A stretch of DNA of 63,493 nucleotides, counting the filler, from Choristocarpus tenellus KU-1152 (lineage: Eukaryota; Protista; Phaeophyceae): the NCBI GenBank assembly GCA_964200185.2. It is 12 parts of 12 records of this genome, joined end to end, with 100 filler letters (N's around TTAATTAATTAA, not from the genome) between each part and the next. Parts side by side here need not be neighbours in the genome. Positions count along the whole stretch, not along the records: positions 31,546 to 42,489 come from CAXNAD020002612.1; positions 42,590 to 48,672 come from CAXNAD020008980.1; positions 48,773 to 52,605 come from CAXNAD020017666.1; positions 52,706 to 56,054 come from CAXNAD020020637.1; 8 more parts are not named here. One strand, written 5' to 3'. Within the stretch, counting starts at the first letter, position 1. Each line of letters begins with the position of its first letter. The position numbers were made by a program, and so were the translations under genes. The notes under the pieces were generated by a model that was not told where the DNA came from, made no database searches, and saw only the letters and a program-made list of their open reading frames with translations. Positions 39,001-52,800 of this stretch are shown here, one piece after another.

Positions 39001-41331
39001 ACCAGATATCCGTAGCCCTTGTATGCATGGACACACACGATCTATGACTCAATACGGCCAGCGCATTTATAGGATGGTATTATATTCTACTTCAAAATAT
39101 ATATTTAGGAGGAGGTTTTGGTGTAGACCAATGTAACAATCTCTCAAATATGGTGTCTTCTCGATCAGGCCCCAGTATTCATGGAGATGTGGGATGGTGA
39201 CATGGTTTTGTCCCACTACTATCAGAAGACCTACAAGGCCCTCCGGGGCTTCTTGACCGTCCAAGGGCTTGCAGAGGTCATCATGAACTTTGAGTGAGAC
39301 TTCCCCTTTGGAGTATGACACAAACTCTGTCCTGCAGTCAAGTACCTAGCAAAACACCTCTTTTGAAGTGATAGAGTAGAAAGGATTATGAGGTACCCTG
39401 GAGTGCATAGAAGAGATATATTACATGCTACACAGAGCTGCCCTCGTACTTTTAGGTTGCCATATCAGTAATTTAGGCGGTGTGCTCCGGTTATCGCAAT
39501 AGATTACCTCTATACAAATATGTGTACCCAAGAGTCTACTATCTCATATTATGCCAGGGACAAAATGTTCACAAGATTTCACAAGGAGACACCACAACTT
39601 TGGCGTTGGAATTGGCCAAGGTTTAATCATACCATTTCTGCTATCGTTATGATCCTTCTCTTCGTTATAAAAAAAGAAGCTGCGATATGCTGCAGATTAT
39701 TATTTTTACCTGCTCAGACCTGGTTCTCTGTTTAAAGCCCTCTTTTGCAATCAATATTTTTGTAGTTCTACACATGGATTGCCTCGTCTCCCAATTAAAT
39801 AGTACATTCCTGACCTCACGTTCACACCACTATCTATGTTCAATCGACGATCGCACTACACACAAATAACCCAACAACAAAGTCTTTTGCGCTCATCCTT
39901 AAAATTCGTTGAATTCTGCCTACCACCCCTTACCATTTCCCCTTCCTGTGTGGCTCTGCCCTTGGTAAAGAAATGGCTACAAAGGAGTATCTCTAATGGA
40001 TCATAGTCCTCGTCTAGCAGGTGAGCAGAATTAAAGGTTACACAGTTATTAGACACACCCAATTTTTACAACACCAGAGCACAACATAACAGTAGCGCTG
40101 TATAGCATCGATTCAAGTTATATTTCCTCTTCTGCCGGCACCATGCGTAGTGTACTGTTGTAGGTGTCCTTCGGATTACTGGAGGTACATTTCCTTATCC
40201 AGAGCTCTTCAACGTTTTCTTCACACTTAATCAATACTTATTTCACACATTCATACATTTATTTCCTATCTGTCCCGTGTCCCTTGCCTGTCGGACCCTG
40301 TAGGTAAGATATTGTTGCATGATGTACTTCATCAATAACTGCTGCTGGTGTGGAGTGAAAGTATCTTAGAGGGTAGAGCCGTGTCCGTTTGGCGTTCAAA
40401 ATCCAATGTTACGATTTTGATGTAATTTTGGCTATCGTATTTGTTAGCAAGTGTCAATATCCTTCTTCCCGACACACCTTTTCATAACGTACACATTTTA
40501 CCTACTCCAAAACAGTTCGGGGTAGCAAAAAGTAAAATAAAAACTGTGGTAAGCCAAGCCTCAATTGGACAAACAGGGCAAACTCGTACCGTCTAATATA
40601 CTTCATCTCATGCTATATTTAACATTGATAGAGTCCTAGCTGTGTCCCCATATCTATTCGGCAACACAAATATGCACTCTACACTATTGTACCGATGGTC
40701 GGAACGCTGCTATATCTCAATCTTGTTCTGCTGATGGACTGGAAGTTCCATTTAACTCCCTTTAAGTAAAATGGTTTACGATTAGTGGAATACTCTGGTA
40801 GCCTTTCTTGTGCGTACGTGGTGGCAGTCAACATCAAAGATTATAGCAAGTCGTGTAACAATATGGACAAACTTAAACTTCTTAGTGACAGTTACGTACA
40901 AGATGCCAGACCACACAAATACAACAACTTGATTTTGACCCTGTTCTCACTCTATTATACTTTACTGGCCGTGCTTGGCGAGGTAGATACTTCAGTATGT
41001 GCTGCACAGATCAGGCTCTATTTTTTTTCTGTTGAGGAGGATGTCCTTCCGAGACATGCTTCCAATACACCGCCTGAAGTTATCTTGCTCCTTTTACTCT
41101 TGGCGATGTGATACTGGGATGTTTGACGCATACATAATCCATCTCCATAGGCTTGTTACATGTCAACATGGACTGCAAACTCTTGATCCCTAGTCCTACA
41201 ATATCGTGCAGTAACTGCAAGTGTGAGTTGTCATCTCCCCTTCACCACCTAACTCCAACAACCTTATCTGGACAGGGTTGTGCAAGCGCCAGGATGGTGC
41301 ATTTGTCCTTTTGTGGTCAGACGACCTGTAA
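33097..41331 (+). CDS. Multi-exon F-box protein; well-supported exons 33097-33201, 34383-34532, 35099-35212, 36453-36560, 39169-39293, 39558-39620; tentative 38943-38972, 40164-40184, ~41151-41222, ~41275-41331
   Basis: Exon 2 is HLVIPSEVWVAVFGLLGETELEVAGAVCRAWLKIAGHDRLWQGLYLRMWK, a canonical F-box. Successive GT/AG exons are phase-compatible (…APVFMEMWDGDMVLSHYYQKTYKALRGFLTVQGLAEVIMNFE|DKMFTRFHKETPQLWRWNWPR). The 3' exon structure is uncertain. Confidence 0.75.
34748..35006 (+). mobile_element. MITE subfamily B, full length, intronic
   Basis: GAGCCAAACTATCTTAGAGG ... CCTCTAAGATACTTTCACTC terminal inverted repeats. Confidence 0.85.
35543..35616 (-). tRNA. tRNA-Asn(GTT)
   Basis: GGTCCCGTAGCTCAGCTGGTTAGAGCGTTCGACT-GTT-AATCGAGAGGTCGTGAGTTCAATCCTCACCGGGACCG folds as a canonical cloverleaf with A and B boxes. 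Confidence 0.97.
35900..36153 (+). mobile_element. MITE subfamily C, full length, ACT target-site duplication (other copies at 37974-38229, 38618-38866, 46050-46305)
   Basis: ACT|GAGTCAAAGTAAA...TTTACTTTGACTC|ACT; body shared with the three other copies. Confidence 0.85.
36885..37062 (-). mobile_element. MITE subfamily A, full length, CTA target-site duplication
   Basis: CTA|GGCTCAAAGAATCTG...CAGATACTTTGGGTC|CTA. Confidence 0.85.
37633..37818 (-). mobile_element. MITE subfamily A variant, ATA target-site duplication
   Basis: ATA|GAGTCAAAGTATCTG...CAGATACTTTGACCC|ATA. Confidence 0.85.
40353..40609 (+). mobile_element. MITE subfamily B, full length (partial inverse copy at 42309-42489)
   Basis: GAGTGAAAGTATCTTAGA...TCTAATATACTTCATCTC; body homologous to 34748-35006. 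Confidence 0.8.
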
Positions 41332-43326
41332 CTGTGGTGGAATCAAGGTCAACTCTGGTTATGGACTATTGATGGCACTATGCGAAAGGTAGAGGGCTGT
41401 CCGTTAATCAAGAAAGATGAGGACGGAGAGCTAGAGCACGGGTGCACAGAAACGGAGCGTAATTGTTGAAAATCTTGGTAACCTGTCTCCTGATTACCCA
41501 CTGAATGTTGTTGTGGGTGTGGTGATAAATTACAATGCCATGAATTGGCAGTGGTGAGCTTTGGCAAGAAGAACTTTTCGTTTCTCTTCGTCAAACAAAA
41601 CCCGAATCCGTGGAATTAGTTTTTCGGTGTGGTAGGGGTCAAAGTTATTTTGACTTTATCTGGAAATGAGACCGTGCAAGCATTCCAACCAAATGTTGAT
41701 ATGTTTTTCGTATTGAATGTAACACTAAGTTATCCATGACAAGGTTGACGCTGATTCTTGTTACAGACCACTACCCCCGTACATCTTGAACATTTTTCAG
41801 AGCAAAGAAGAATAGAGTTACATGAACAACGCCAAACTAGGTCAAGTTCCAGCAGCTGAAACAGGCAACGATAGTATATTCTCTGCGATCTAGGTAGAAA
41901 AGAAACCCTATCAAGATCTGATTGATTCACAAGAACTGAGGCTTTGTACTTGACACTTGGAGTACTCTGCACCATGCAATCTATTTTGCATGGAATATGT
42001 CGGCAAAAAAATGCAGGATAGATAACTCGACATTGCACACAATTGAACTATGCACTTTCTTTCCTGTCGTGAGAGACTACACGCCGAGACAAGTTAAGGA
42101 GAAGGTGAAAGGTTGTGAGAAAAACGATTCCTCCAACCATTCACCCAAGGAGGAAAATGGGTCATTCCATTGGTGATATAATTGCTGCTCAACAAACATA
42201 AATTACGAGAGGTTACTGTTAATACAAGCAGTCTTTAGGATTTATGCAGGGTAGGTGCAATGTGGTGATCGTTGTTGTTTATACCACCACTTGTTTCCCT
42301 TTGACTACGAGTGAAAGTATCTTAGAGGGTACGAGTTTTTCCCTGTTTGTCCATTTGGGCCTTGGTTTCCCACGGGTTTTTAATGGCAGTTACCTACTCC
42401 AAAATGTTTCGGAGTAGGTAAAATGCCTACATTATGAAAAGATGTGTCCAGAACAAGGATATTGACATCTCCTAACAACCATGATAGCCNNNNNNNNNNN
42501 NNNNNNNNNNNNNNNNNNNNNNNNNNNNNNNNNTTAATTAATTAANNNNNNNNNNNNNNNNNNNNNNNNNNNNNNNNNNNNNNNNNNNNATGTCCCACCC
42601 CTGACCCGCATGGACAGCCGTCACCCCAAACCACATACCCCAATTTAAAATTCATGTGGAGATGTTCCAAAAAAAACCCCAAGCTCTTAAACAAACCTAT
42701 CCCCATCCCTTTGCAGCTCGAGGATATCCCTCACTTGCCTCTAGTCCCCCTGTATACCACAATATTGACTAACGCCTACGAAAAGGAGTTTTTCGTAACA
42801 TATCTCACCATACTTAAATCAATTGAACCATTTTAGTTGCTTCAATTCAAGTCCAAATAACCAATCACACAATTCATCATACTCCAAAAAAAATAAAAAT
42901 ATGTTTCACTCCAACTAACCTGACTAATTCATAACCCAAACATTCATGCTACTTCGCAATGAATGTAAACAATTGTTCACTTCATGAAGCATAAACCGCC
43001 AGTTAACCCTAACCAATGACAAGTCCAAATTTAAAAAAATCGCTCAAAGCAGTGACAGCATATTTTTCCGTACGAACCCTAACCCAAGTACAACTAAGTC
43101 TATCCACACGTATCCACAAAATACACTATAAATCCCACGCATGCAAGCAACTAACCCTAACCTGCGACATGTTATAATCAGCCCCAAATGGACAGCCGTC
43201 CCCCCCTCCCAGATACTTCGACTGGAAAATTTCTGTCCCTCATCCAAGAACCTGGAAATGTCGTGCCATGTATCCCTTTCCCCTTCCCCCTACTCCTCAT
43301 GTCCGTGCTCGTCTACAGAAAGGGGT

Positions 43327-43507
43327 GACTCAAAGTATCTGGGGGGAGGGGGGGGATCTACACACCAGGGTGTCCACTTGGGTCATAACCAGGAAAGTGC
43401 ACATACCTTATTCATCCGACATAGCAACCAAATCATTCAAAAATTGCGACATGAAAAAATTGACCCCAAATGGACAGCCGCCACCCCCGCTCCAGATACT
43501 CTGAGAC
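43327..43507 (+). mobile_element. MITE subfamily A, full length
   Basis: GACTCAAAGTATCTGG...CCAGATACTCTGAGAC. Confidence 0.85.
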
Positions 43508-45072
43508 GGGTAGCATAACACACTTGGCTGCACAAATTTAATTTCGATCGCATTTTGATTGCAATTTAGGCAGTTTTGTGGGGATTTGACGAACCTACTT
43601 GAGAGATATGGTAAATGAGAGCATAAATGCAACAAGATGAGGCGAAGTAGGAGGAGATTGATGCAAAAATGAACTGGTATCTTTTGCACATGCCCTCACG
43701 AGAGGCAGTGCATAAAGAAATGAGATGTTTCAAAACGTCATGAGTATTGTATGTACCTTATATTTTTTTTAATCTAAAATCGTAGTGCTTTCTACTTCCA
43801 AAAACAAAATTTCAATGGTTCAACCTATAACAACACATTGAGATTTCTAAAGAGTCAAAGAGCAAGGTGTGCTCACTCTAATACGGCTCCGTCCCCAAGT
43901 TATCTATCAATGTATACAGATAAGCGCAAGGGCATCAATATTTGGGACACATTCCACGAACATATCCCAATTTCAATGGAGAAAAAGAGGTTAACGACAA
44001 GGAACAACATTACAGGATTTTCTGTGTACAAAACATCTTTGTACTCCAAAACAGTCCAATATCCAGTAGGCTATGAACTGTAAGGAATTGTAAAGAACAC
44101 AAACAGGTGGGTAGCTAGCATCCCCACATTTAAAAATACAAGGCTCTCGCTTTCAGTAAGAGGCGCTGCACTAACAAAACACATCTAAGACAATGTGGTT
44201 GAAAGAAAGATTTGTTCTTGAATTCAACCAAATGATTCAACATTGCCAATACACCTTATCTCTACTCACCAATCTATTGCCAGTAACCCAGGACAAAAAG
44301 ACAAGAAAAGATCTTGATTGTGTCTTGCATAACTTGAATAATTTGACAAAATATAAAGGAAAGACATTGTGCTTGACATGATCGGGATGCAGGACGGACC
44401 CCAGCATGTCGTAGGTAACAACTTATTTATTCGGATCGGTATGAAGGTTGGTGATTCTGGTTTCTAAATACTGATGTACATGGGCTTATCCGTACAATTA
44501 GGAGTATGAGTATTGGTGTGTACATTTCTCTTTGTATTATTACAAATTTCGAGATGTTAAGGAATTTGCGGATTTCTTGTGTTCTGTGTGTCAGTGAAGG
44601 GACGTATGTCATCATTCTTATACCTACTGGGACAAGATATTTGTATTGGTTGGTGGATTATATTTTTGTTTTAAAAGTAGAGACCACTAAACATTTGCAC
44701 ATTTTCTCAAATGTACAAAATACTAACAAGGTTCCCCATGGGAAACAGGTAATTAACCATTCATTTCTTCATGCGCTGGCTCTAGTAGGGACATTAACAA
44801 GGGACACTGGTTCCGTTTTGCATCTCCATCTTGCTTCATTTATGCTCCCCCATGTATCATCTCCTCTCGACAAGGTTAGTCAGAGCCGCAAGAACTCAAC
44901 AACTTGCAATCAAAACACAATTTGGGCAACCATGTGTGTGTCGCAGTGCTCTTTCAAATACCACAAATACACGTAGAATAACACCCCGGCAATGTTCACA
45001 AGCACACACCACAGAAAGGCTATAAATATGGAACGTGTATCCAGAGCAAGGATATCGATATTAGTACAGTTT

Positions 45073-45302
45073 CACCTTTGCTAAAACTCCATCATAATGT
45101 CAAGTTGAATTATGACCCTGAACGGACGGACGCCAGCGACCCCCTGTAACATGGTATGGCTCGAATAGAAAAACAATTAGAAATGTGCACACCTTTGCTA
45201 AAACTGCATAAATAAAAAAAATGAAATAATGACCCTGAATGGACACCAGTGACCCCCTGTGACATGGTCTGGCTGACATAGAAAACAATCAGAAACATGC
45301 AC
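45073..45302. repeat. Tandem duplication, 2 x ~115 bp
   Basis: CACCTTTGCTAAAACT...ATGACCCTGAA...GACCCCCTGT.ACATGGT.TGGCT...ATAGAAAA starts at 45073 and again at 45190. Confidence 0.85.
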
Positions 45303-47436
45303 TAAGGAGCGTGTCCTGCTTCAGAGCCAAGCCAGACTGCTTGAAACAATCCTTGGAGGGCGATCTATTCCAATATATCCTGGGACTCCAGGTGCATATA
45401 GATTTGAGGGAGTCTGACCAAAGTCGACTGCAACTATCTTGTACAACAACACCACAAAATATGAAACCTAGCTGTCATACTACACAAAGTGATCATATTA
45501 GAGCACTTAAAAAATCGCCACCACCACTGCACAGATTATCCTGGAAATACTCCCCAAACCTCAAAACCATGGGGAGTGTTTTGTACCAGCAAGGCAGACA
45601 CTGGTGACTGCTCCTGCTCATCACCAATACTACTGCCAAATCTTCTTTCGGAAACTGTTGCAAGATGTAGTACTGTTGACATTGCGAAGGGTTGACATGT
45701 AGTTTTCTCTTTCCCTTGGGCCCTTAGGTAAACTATACTTATTTCCCTGGCATGCCCACATGTACTTGGCCACGTGCACTGGCACAGTGTCTGGTGTAAT
45801 ATCCAGCGGGTCTGTCGGGATCCAATATACCGAGCTGTGCATATTGTACCTTGAGGGCATCATGTGGGTTGATGGTGAAAAAGCTCTCATTAGGGGGTAT
45901 ATGCACCATAATGCCACATACTTCAGCATGCATATGTATTATCAAAAAGGAAGGTACCAATAGAGGTGCATACAGTTGCAAGATAGAAAGGATTACCATC
46001 TACAGTCTGTCATTCTGGACAACCATCTCGCACAAGTCCCAGCATACGCGACTCAAAGTAAGCGAGAGGCACATGCAATTGCATTATAAGGGTTTCAGGA
46101 AATATGTGCAAAATATAGCATTTTTGCAAATGTGTATAGGATATTTTCCGAAATATGTTGAAATATTTCAAACAATAGAGAAATAAACGCTATCAAGTCA
46201 AACTTAGAACTTCCGCAGATACATGTGTGAATAACAAAAGAATGGAAAACTGGCCTGTAATGCAAAACAGCCAAAAACTGGGTACCTCTCGTTTTACTTT
46301 GGCTCCATGTTTGTAATAAAAGGCGCCCCAAATCGCCATTAAGGGTATTCTCTAAACGCAAAGCACTCCCACAGTATCAACCATAAGACCGCACTTGCAA
46401 CACAACATTGGAACGAGTGGTAATTGGCCAAGTATCTATGGCACCAGTGGATTTGTGACTCAAGTATCCCTCATCACGTATCATCCTTCAGTACGTGATC
46501 TACCATATCAACATTGTCCTTCCGATACTATCCATGTCTGTTTGTGTTTGTGTTTGTGCGTGTGTGTTTTAAAATTGCTAATGACTGGTGGGCATGTGGG
46601 GCAAATATATAGAGGTGATTTTTACACCCAGTGTATACATACATGATGGAAGACATCGAATGAGCATAAGGCTTTTGAATATCCCACATGCGTTGAAGAA
46701 TAGGGGTATTGCAAAGCTCAATGTTGGGAGACTTCCTACTTTTGTGCTTTGTGAAGGAGAGGATCTGACATCAGATTCCCAACATTTCCCAGATCCCGAT
46801 ACCAACACAAATGCAAAACTTGTTGACATGGCGACACACAGATGAACACGTATCACATTTCTCAGCAACAACAGCAATCCATGTTCTCTTGTTTCAATAT
46901 CCGTACAACACACTGGCGGGAAGAGGAAACGCTCTACCCTACTGTTGAAGACTGTTCATTATTACAGATCCTTGTATCAATACGCACACAAACGAGATGA
47001 GCATGAATAACAAACGTTTGATGCATACACATACCTTGTTGTGTAGGAAGGTTCACAGGGGCAAAGTATACACACATAACACAGAGAAGCAGTAAACAAT
47101 ACATGCTTCTGCCCTTTCTCCTTAAGGTGGGCTCACGAACATAGTAGGTAGATGCACTAACTCTACGATATAGCATGATTGCCAACCTTTGTTCAGTGAA
47201 CATAATTTAATTCCGCCAAAAGACTATTTATAGAACAAGATTCCACACTACCATTGTTCTGACCGACTTCAATCATTTTCCACCATACACATAAATGATC
47301 CATATTCACCATGCAGATTGAAAAATCATGTTACATAATGATGACTGTGGATCTACTTCGTTGAGGGTTTAAGGAAGGAAACAGAAAAACACTGCTGCTG
47401 CGGCCCAGGGTAGTTGACATTTTAGCTTGCACTTAC

Positions 47437-47719
47437 CAGAGAAATGCCCCGATCAGGTTCACTTCTGACAGGAGAAGATTGCGCTCCTCCAATGTCTGCT
47501 TTGCCAGTATATCCGGTCTCACACATCTTCCCCTGCGTGTGCTCATGAACGCTGCAAAGGATGTGCCTTTTTGTTGTTCAATGAAGGAGCGTATCGCTAG
47601 ATATACCGCTCGTGGGTACACATGCGTGTTCAAGAGTGAATATTCGTGCACCACATCCTTACCTACTAACAGCGACGTGGCATTCTTCCAGCACCCCATA
47701 ATCAATTTGTGGTGAAAAT
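47437..47719 (-). CDS. Probable coding exon of an unidentified protein
   Basis: A pyrimidine-rich TGTAG acceptor and GTAAGT donor bound a stop-free, protein-like frame (HKLIMGCWKNATSLLVGKDVVHEYSLLNTHVYPRAVYLAIRSFIEQQ…); no family recognised. Confidence 0.4.
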
Positions 47720-48772
47720 CTACAATACAAAACAGGGTGAAGGAAGAGAACAATTTCGATTGGTTCTCCTAGTTAGAATCGTTGATAGTGACAGTGGGGT
47801 GCTGCACGGTGATACGAAAAAGGAGAAATAGGAACTTTTAAAGGGCAATGATGTTTTTTAAGAGTATCCATTCCAATGAAGGATAGACATTCGGCAGATT
47901 TCCTGGGGTTTTTGCTAGGGCAGTCAGGATATGGATAGTGCTTGATCACTTGAACTTGTATTACTAGCAGCTGTATCTCCTCCCATAATGCCCAGATAAA
48001 ACTTCAGATAAAATGTGCTTTAATGTATATATATTATTCAATTGACCAAACCATTGATAACCTGTGTTCTGGCATGTACTCCAAAGTATGTGTTGATAGC
48101 GAATATTACTTCTTCATTAGAAATATTACATTTTTTTCAAATAACACAACCCTTTCGCTCAACTAAGCAAATATCCCCACACAACTGCTAAAAACAGGAA
48201 ATAACAAGTGACAGGTACTCCAGAATGATCTTGTTGTCAATACCACAATATATACCCAGTAATAGGTCGCCCTCTACCTATCAATTAATTCTTGGGCATG
48301 GGCCATGCTGTCTGTACATACTGCATATATTTTGAAACGTGTCTCTAAATGGCATCCATCCATTTGCCATTTTCCTCTGATCGATGTATCACCAACGCAC
48401 CTAATCAATAACGATCATAGTTTTGTTCTTCCTACTTCTTCAAACCATTACTTTAGCTCTGGCAGAGAGAAACACAACCATTGAAATACAAGGCCGACAT
48501 GCAACACCCAACATGTACCATGATGGATTTATATATATTCTCTATACTACAAGCATGGTGTAGCCTACAGAAACCTTACATCTCTCATGAACCGTGGTCT
48601 TATATAATGTGCACAATGGAATCCAAATCTTGGGGAAACAATCCTATCATACGGGTCAGAGTATCTGGGGGGNNNNNNNNNNNNNNNNNNNNNNNNNNNN
48701 NNNNNNNNNNNNNNNNTTAATTAATTAANNNNNNNNNNNNNNNNNNNNNNNNNNNNNNNNNNNNNNNNNNNN

Positions 48773-48839
<67 letters not shown>

Positions 48840-48846
48840 CTCTCAC

Positions 48847-50540
<1,694 letters not shown>

Positions 50541-51429
50541 GCTGCCTCTTTTGGGCACTCAGACCAAGTTGCACCCCTTGAGAGGTCTGACTCTGCCCTG
50601 ATTTCACTCGACCTTTTTATCACAAGATGCGCAATTAACCAGATCTAGGGATAAGGACTCTTAGTAGACAGTAGCAATACGGAGCAAGGCGCTCAGCTTC
50701 TTACACTATAGCGAAACCCCACCAGGTGCAGAGGCTAAGATGGATCTCAAGATGATGTCCGCAGAAGGTATATTTTTTTAGAAATACTCTCAACTATCCC
50801 ATACGATACAATATCAACTCCAGAACATGCGCGAAACCACTGCGCGACATCTCCCTCCTCTTTTGAGTTAGTACTATATCAACATCAGAAACCACATCAA
50901 AACCTACGGAGGACTATTGTAGGTTTTTACGATGATGAGTCAGATCAAAGCCCTGTCACAACCTAGGGACTTCTCAACTACGAAGACCTCAGGTGCTCAA
51001 TCGAGCACCAAAGAAGGCGAACGTGGGACATCCAAACACCTGTAACTTTCCTGTGAATTTAATAACCACCCCAACACTACATCCAACTCCACACTCTCTG
51101 TCGTATCAACCGATTTACTCCTTCGTACTCCATCAATCAATCCAGCCCTACCCAGCTACCGATGAAGAAAGTAAGTTTTTTGTCCCCGATAATATTCCAT
51201 GACTCCTTCCATCATATTGGTGTTATATATTTATGACCTCAACAGTGTTGTAATATACTTGGACAATATGTACACCAGTATCTACATAACTATCAAGCGA
51301 GAGCTACCTCTAATGCGCCGGTCACAACATCCTCCAAGAAAAAACACAGGAGGGAAGTTATACAGATTATCAAGTACCTCAGGGGACATGTGAGCTTGGA
51401 CAGCAAAAAAGAATGGAGCAGGACTGGAC

Positions 51430-51912
51430 TTGGTGTCGTAAACTACGATGCCGATTTTCGCAAGCGAGACTTCGACACATTTTGTGCGTCTGGTGGTGGT
51501 GCAGTAATATGTCGGAGAGCTGCAGTTGCTTGGCTTTCTACGACCCAATGTACGGTTGCGAGTCTACTCCAGAGCCAGAGGCAGGATACTTCGCCATGAC
51601 GGGCGACTTTTTCTTGACTTGAGGGGTGTTGCGAAGTTTATACAGCTTGACTTGAGTGGTTTCTACTACGTTGTGTGGGTATATGAAGACAATACTGGGG
51701 CATTCATTTGGCTAACCCCTTGAGTCCAGGCTGGAGCAAGCACATAGATGTGTGACACCACTTTCTGAGCGAGGGACTCAGTAGCCTGCGATCAGATCGA
51801 GAATATCCGCTTGACCTCAGATGAGCAGTATGCAGATATGTGCTCACTAAGCCTCTCGCAGAAAAGCCTTTTTCGGAAGCATGCTGAATTTTTGCTGAGC
51901 ATGCAGGTCTAG
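51430..51912 (+). pseudogene. Ty1/copia RNase H remnant
   Basis: NYDADF…SGGGAVI…AAVAWLS.TQ.TV…EA.Y.AM, VYEDNTGA, HIDV.HHFL, LTKPL; many disruptions. Confidence 0.8.
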
Positions 51913-52423
51913 CGGTCGTTTCTGTTATTGCTCGGATTTCTATTCAGGAAGTCTTTATTCTTTCTTGTCTGTGGAGTATTTTGTAAAGCTCTTTCTCGGT
52001 GGTGGCATTGAGCCTATCTGGATCTATCTCTAATTGGCCACCCACATATAATGACAGGACGCATTGGGGTCTTCTTCTTAAAAGGAGAAAAGGTTGGACC
52101 CAATCGAGAATTGAACACCACAAATCAGGATGAAGTTATTTTTTTGTTTCAGGCATCTCGCAGTTAGAAAACTCTTTTCAATAACATGGATTGTTATCCG
52201 AAAGGAAACTAACTGATGGCAATTTTTTAAACAGCGATGGATGGGTTGCTCAAGGATATGTATGTATACCAAATACCAGGAATTTACTACCCTATTAGGT
52301 AAGCCCTGTTCGTAGAAATTCAAGCTTTAAAAAATATATGCTCATATTTAGAAACAACAGACACTGGGAAGCATCGCAAGTAGACGTGGATTGCGCCTTC
52401 ATATAGCTCCCTTTTTTGTTGCG

Positions 52424-52605
52424 AGGAGAGGAGTGTGCAATATAGACTGATAGTCTATATGGTTTATACGCATTTAGTGAACACCACTAGACAGGAGGAA
52501 TATTGGCTAAGTGGAACAAGTGCCATCGACTTCTGTTAGCGTGAGTGAAGTAATGAGTACGAATGTCAGATGTTCGGTTTCTTGTTACTTGATATAAGTG
52601 GACTG
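52424..52605 (+). mobile_element. Polypurine tract and start of a copia LTR, truncated at contig end
   Basis: AGGAGAGGAG then TGTGCAATATAGACT.(A)TAGTCTATATGGTTTATA, nearly identical to the LTR start at 21114. Confidence 0.7.
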
Positions 52606-52800
52606 NNNNNNNNNNNNNNNNNNNNNNNNNNNNNNNNNNNNNNNNNNNNTTAATTAATTAANNNNNNNNNNNNNNNNNNNNNNNNNNNNNNNNNNNNNNN
52701 NNNNNCTATCCAATTGGTGGTTTGGAAACTGGCAAATTTGATGGGGGATGGGGGGGGGGGAAAGGGGGGGAATGAGGGACTATCACATGTTTTCACTCAC

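Noticed and set aside
48721-48846. Poly-proline tail on the proteasome ORF
   Set aside because: It is an intronic poly-G run at a contig edge, after a GTGAGA donor, and probably a sequencing artefact.
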